From positions 1,888,001 through 1,952,000 of the forward strand of contig CP166615.1 in assembly GCA_041937175.2 (NCBI GenBank): 64,000 nucleotides of DNA. Direction: 5' to 3'. The notes under the pieces are model-generated. The model was not told where the DNA came from. It searched no databases and saw only the letters and a list, made by a program, of their open reading frames with translations. Source of the stretch: Limnothrix sp. BL-A-16 (lineage in GTDB: Bacteria; Cyanobacteriota; Cyanobacteriia; CACIAM-69d). This document shows positions 60,292-64,000 of this stretch, one piece after another. How positions within the stretch are numbered: position 1 is the stretch's first letter; each line of letters opens with the position of its first letter. The position numbers were made by a program, and so were the translations under genes.

Positions 60292-62172
60292 ATGGCGATT
60301 GCGCGGTTGGCCAGTTGGCCCGGACGAGCTTGGCGGTTATGGCAACGAGGCGGCCTGGGGGCGATCGCCCAAAAATTGCGCACCAAACTACGGCGGCGAC
60401 TGTTGGGAGAACGGGCCCAACTGGCCGCTTGGGATCAATATCGCCGGGGTCTGTCGCCCGAGAATCGACGGCGATTTGCCGATCGAGCGGCGGCCCTGGA
60501 AAATCCGCCCCAAATCTCGATCATTATGCCCGTCTACAACACGCCAGAGCGCTGGCTGACGGAGGCGATCGAGTCCGTGCGGGCCCAAATTTATCCCCAT
60601 TGGGAGCTGTGCATTGCCGATGATCGATCGCCCGATCCCCAGGTGAAGGCCACGCTCGATCGACTCGCGGCCGAGGATGCCCGCATCAAAGTAACCTACC
60701 GCGATCGCAATGGGGGAATTTCCGCCGCCTCCAATGCGGCCTTGGCTTTGGCCACCAGCGATTTCGTGGTGCTGATGGATCATGATGATCAACTGCCGGA
60801 ACATGCCCTGCTGCGGGTGGCGGAAACCATCTTGGCCGACGATCCAGACTTGTTTTATTCCGATGAAGTGCTGGTGACTCCCGAAGGCGAGCCGATCGAG
60901 TTTGCCTTTCGGCCGGCCTTTTCACTGGAATTGCTGCGATCGCACCCCTACATCGTGCATTTGGTGGGGTTTCGGCGGTCTCTTGTGCAGGAAATTGGCG
61001 GTTTTCGGGAATTTTTGACCGTTTCCCAGGATTACGACCTAATTTTGCGGGCCTGTGAGCGGGCCAACCGCATTAGCCATATCCCCGAAATTCTTTACCT
61101 GTGGCGACAGCACCTGACCAGCACCGGCAATCAGCGGCGATCGGATGTGTTGGAGATTTCGCGGGCTGTTTTAAGCGAACATTTAGATCGATCGGGCGAT
61201 CCGGGCGAAGTACAAACGGGATTTCGGTTTAATTATTTCCGAATCCGCTATCCCCTCCAGGGCCCGATCCGAATTGCGATCGTGATCCCAACCAAAAATT
61301 GCGGAGAGTTGGTTAAACAATGCATTGATAGCATTGCCAAAACTGTGCATCAGGTCGCCTATGAAATTGTTTTGATCGATCACGATTCCAATGATCCCAA
61401 ATCCATTCGCTATTTTCGATCCCTGAAAGATCAGCACCGTGTTTTAAATTATTCCGGCCCTTTTAATTTTTCAGCGATTAATAATTGGGCCGTTGCCCAG
61501 TTACCACCCGGGCATTTTACCCACTATCTCTTTTGCAATAACGATATTGAGGCGATCGAGGACGGGTGGCTTGAACGAATGGCGGAATTTGCCCAAAAAC
61601 CAGACATTGGCATCGTGGGCGCTAAGTTGCTCTATCCCGATCGCTGCTACATCCAACATGCGGGCGTTTGCGTGGGAATGCATGGGATGGCGGAACATTT
61701 CGGCAAATTCATGCGGGATTCCTTGCCCTCTGGAGAGGCAGAACCGGGCTATATTGGCGCTCTGATTTCCTGCCGCGAAATGTCTTCGGTCACGGCCGCT
61801 TGTTTGCTGATGCGGGCCGATACCTTCGCCAAAGTTGGCGGCTATGACGAGTCTTTAGCCGTTGGTTTTGGGGATGTGGATCTGTGTTTGCGGGCCCGAG
61901 AAGCGGGGTATCGCGCGGTTTTTTGTGCCGATGCCACCTTGGTTCACCACGAATCCTATACCAGGGGCAAAACCTTTGAAGGGGATCCGCACCCGGAAGA
62001 TTCCGCCAAGTTTTTTAAACGCTGGAAATCGATGATTCAAGCAACCGATCCTTACTTCAATCCCAATTTGGATATTACGCGCCAAGATTGGGCCATGAAG
62101 GAGTTGGAAATTCCCGAAAAACCCCGATCGCGCTGTTACGACACCCAAACCCACCAGTTCCGATCGCTCTAG
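60292..62172 (+). CDS. glycosyltransferase family 2 (two GT2 domains)
   Basis: ISIIMPVYN, WELCIADD, MDHDD, SQDYDL; second domain IVIPTK, FNFSAINN, CNNDIE, VTAACL, DVDLCL, HHES.TRG. Confidence 0.95.
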   Translation: MAIARLASWPGRAWRLWQRGGLGAIAQKLRTKLRRRLLGERAQLAAWDQYRRGLSPENRRRFADRAAALENPPQISIIMPVYNTPERWLTEAIESVRAQIYPHWELCIADDRSPDPQVKATLDRLAAEDARIKVTYRDRNGGISAASNAALALATSDFVVLMDHDDQLPEHALLRVAETILADDPDLFYSDEVLVTPEGEPIEFAFRPAFSLELLRSHPYIVHLVGFRRSLVQEIGGFREFLTVSQDYDLILRACERANRISHIPEILYLWRQHLTSTGNQRRSDVLEISRAVLSEHLDRSGDPGEVQTGFRFNYFRIRYPLQGPIRIAIVIPTKNCGELVKQCIDSIAKTVHQVAYEIVLIDHDSNDPKSIRYFRSLKDQHRVLNYSGPFNFSAINNWAVAQLPPGHFTHYLFCNNDIEAIEDGWLERMAEFAQKPDIGIVGAKLLYPDRCYIQHAGVCVGMHGMAEHFGKFMRDSLPSGEAEPGYIGALISCREMSSVTAACLLMRADTFAKVGGYDESLAVGFGDVDLCLRAREAGYRAVFCADATLVHHESYTRGKTFEGDPHPEDSAKFFKRWKSMIQATDPYFNPNLDITRQDWAMKELEIPEKPRSRCYDTQTHQFRSL

Positions 62173-62316
62173 TCGCGTGACAGGCTTAAGGTATTGGGTC
62201 AAAGTTGCGGAGCCAGTCGTGGTAACAAGGGGCTTAAGCCCCTTGCTGCTTAGCGATTAGGTGACAGTAACAGTCATGTAATTTCACCAAGCGAATTAAG
62301 GTAGCCGCGCTACTAG
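62169..62316. mobile_element. MITE family B (148 bp including both CTAG)
   Basis: CTAGTCGCGTGAC...GCCGCGCTACTAG; its reverse complement aligns without gaps to 49619-49766; palindrome at 62226-62245. Confidence 0.85.
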
Positions 62317-62531
62317 GATAGCCATGGGGGCGATCGCCGGGGGAATTTCCCTCAATCTGATCCCGATCGGGGTAATTTTGGGCAAGGTGTACCTAGAGAT
62401 CTGCTCAGTCCCCTCGAAGCCCAACCTCAAAGCCCCGGTGGCTGATCAGGATCTGAGACAGGGTTGCAAACAGGCTCCCGATCGTGGCTGTCCTGTGGCA
62501 TTGGTTGTTTTGTGGCATTGGGTAAAAGCGG

Positions 62532-63272
62532 GTGAACGATCGACCCCAAATTACGGTGGTGTTTGCCATCACCGCTGACGGCAAAATCAGCGATGCGCAT
62601 GGGTCGCCGGGACGCTTTGGCAGTCCGGCCGATCGGGCGCATTTGGAAAAACAAGTGGCCCAAGCCGATGCGGTGTTGATGGGAGCCGGAACCCTCCGCT
62701 CGGAAGGATTGGCCATGCCGGTTTTGGATCCAGCCCTCATTCAGGAGCGGATTGACCAGGGCAAACCGCCGCAGCCCACCCAAATTATCTGTTCCGCCTC
62801 CGGGGCGATCGACCCTGGCTATGGCTTCTTTCGCCAGGCCTTGCCCCGATGGCTGTTGACCACAGCAGCCGGATCTCAGCAATGGCTCGATCGCTGGTCT
62901 GCCCAAGGGAAATCTGAGGATCCATCCTCCCATTCAAAAGCAGCCAATGGATTCGATCGAATCTTGCTCGGCCCGTTGGGCGATCGGGATTTTCAATGGC
63001 CCGAAATTCTCGCCCAACTGGCCCAGGAAGGAATCCAACAGCTCGCCGTTTTGGGCGGTGGGAACTTAGTCGGCTCCCTGTTGTCAATCAGAGCGATCGA
63101 TCACCTGTGGCTGACAGTCTGCCCCCTGTTGGTGGGGGGAGCCGCCGCCCCCACGCCCATGGATGGTGTGGGTTTGCCGCTTCACGGGGCCCAATGGCTC
63201 AATTTGGTCAGTGCCGAAGCCCAAGGCCAAGAAGTGTTCCTGCATTACCAGCGGCGCGACACCGAACCTTAG
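62532..63272 (+). CDS. RibD C-terminal (reductase-like) domain protein
   Basis: RPQITVVFAITADGKI, ADAVLMGAGTLR, VLGGG.L, LTVCPLLVGG. Confidence 0.9.
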   Translation: MNDRPQITVVFAITADGKISDAHGSPGRFGSPADRAHLEKQVAQADAVLMGAGTLRSEGLAMPVLDPALIQERIDQGKPPQPTQIICSASGAIDPGYGFFRQALPRWLLTTAAGSQQWLDRWSAQGKSEDPSSHSKAANGFDRILLGPLGDRDFQWPEILAQLAQEGIQQLAVLGGGNLVGSLLSIRAIDHLWLTVCPLLVGGAAAPTPMDGVGLPLHGAQWLNLVSAEAQGQEVFLHYQRRDTEP

Positions 63273-63336
63273 CGCCCGGTGAGTTTCTGCTTCTTGTTCT
63301 GCTGTTTGTTGCCCTTCCCCAAACCCGAGGTTTCCT

Positions 63337-64000
63337 ATGATTGCCTCTCGCCGTTTCCCCCGTCCCGATCGCTTATTGCAATTCCTGAGTCAATCTCGGA
63401 GCCAATCTCGGAGCCAATCTCGGAGCCAAACAATCCAGTGGCTGTTGACCCAAACCCTGCGCCATCGCCAGGCAACCCCGCAACCAACCGCGCGATCGGG
63501 CTTTACCTTGCTGGAACTGTTGGTGGTGCTGTTGATGGTGACCATTCTGATGGCCATCAGTGCGCCCGTTTGGCTGTCAATGGTGGATGGCCAACGGCTC
63601 GGAGCCGCCCAAGACGATGCGTTTCGGGCCCTGCGATCGGCCCAATCCAAAGCCAGGCAGCAACGACGACCCTGGGAAGCCTGTTTTCGCACCAACCCAG
63701 AAGACAAGCGTGCCATTCAATATTCAGTGCATCCCGCCGTGGGCGCAAAATGCAGCAAAGCCGTTTGGCGGCCCCTAGGAGCTGAAGCATCGACCTATGC
63801 CGCGATCGACGGCGGGAAATCAGACTTCACTCGCGACGGCGGGAGTTATGTGGTGCAGTTTAATGGTCGCGGCTGGCTAGCTTCTTCCCAGGACGGCACT
63901 GAGTTTAGTAGCAATGACAACGCCGGAAAGCGGATCACCTTCCAAATGGCAGGCCGCCCTGATTTGACCGATCGAAGCTGTGTTTATGTGGAAACCTTGT
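63337..64000 (+). CDS. type IV pilin-like / pseudopilin protein (partial, runs off the right edge; not in the ORF track)
   Basis: Hand translation from ATG 63337 is open to the end; prepilin cleavage motif ARSG|FTLLELLVVLLMVTILMAISAP; CAATCTCGGAGC x3 at 63391-63426. Confidence 0.88.
   Translation, partial: MIASRRFPRPDRLLQFLSQSRSQSRSQSRSQTIQWLLTQTLRHRQATPQPTARSGFTLLELLVVLLMVTILMAISAPVWLSMVDGQRLGAAQDDAFRALRSAQSKARQQRRPWEACFRTNPEDKRAIQYSVHPAVGAKCSKAVWRPLGAEASTYAAIDGGKSDFTRDGGSYVVQFNGRGWLASSQDGTEFSSNDNAGKRITFQMAGRPDLTDRSCVYVETL

Noticed and set aside
63279..63790. ORF-track ORFs at the right end
   Set aside because: The likely real gene is the pilin-like frame starting at 63337, which the track omits because it has no stop in the window.

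Overview
Chromosomal window from a cyanobacterium. The evidence is the very dense HIP1 octamer GCGATCGC, an SLH-OprB porin, the menF/menA/menC/menE phylloquinone genes and DUF1816/DUF1822/DUF928-type proteins. Most of it is housekeeping: gyrB, bioF, an adenylate cyclase, dapB, aroC, the men cluster, rlmB/mini-III/STAS and glycosyltransferases. Accessory material is interleaved. (1) An AT-rich, HIP1-free left end encodes a HEPN-like protein and a ParA/MinD-like ATPase that the ORF track missed, followed by a head-to-tail array of 2.5 XRE-HTH genes. (2) A sigma-like / DUF1822 / haemagglutinin-type / Tat-signal TPR-CHAT protease / DUF928 module, plus a second haemagglutinin-CHAT fusion. (3) A single-chain restriction-modification enzyme and a small nucleotidyltransferase pair. 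(4) Nested small non-autonomous elements: REP-like palindromes carried inside two different MITE families, with one MITE inserted into the centre of a REP and two sitting on stop codons. No rRNA, tRNA, CRISPR array or transposase was recognised. All family calls come from motifs read by eye; no searches were run.
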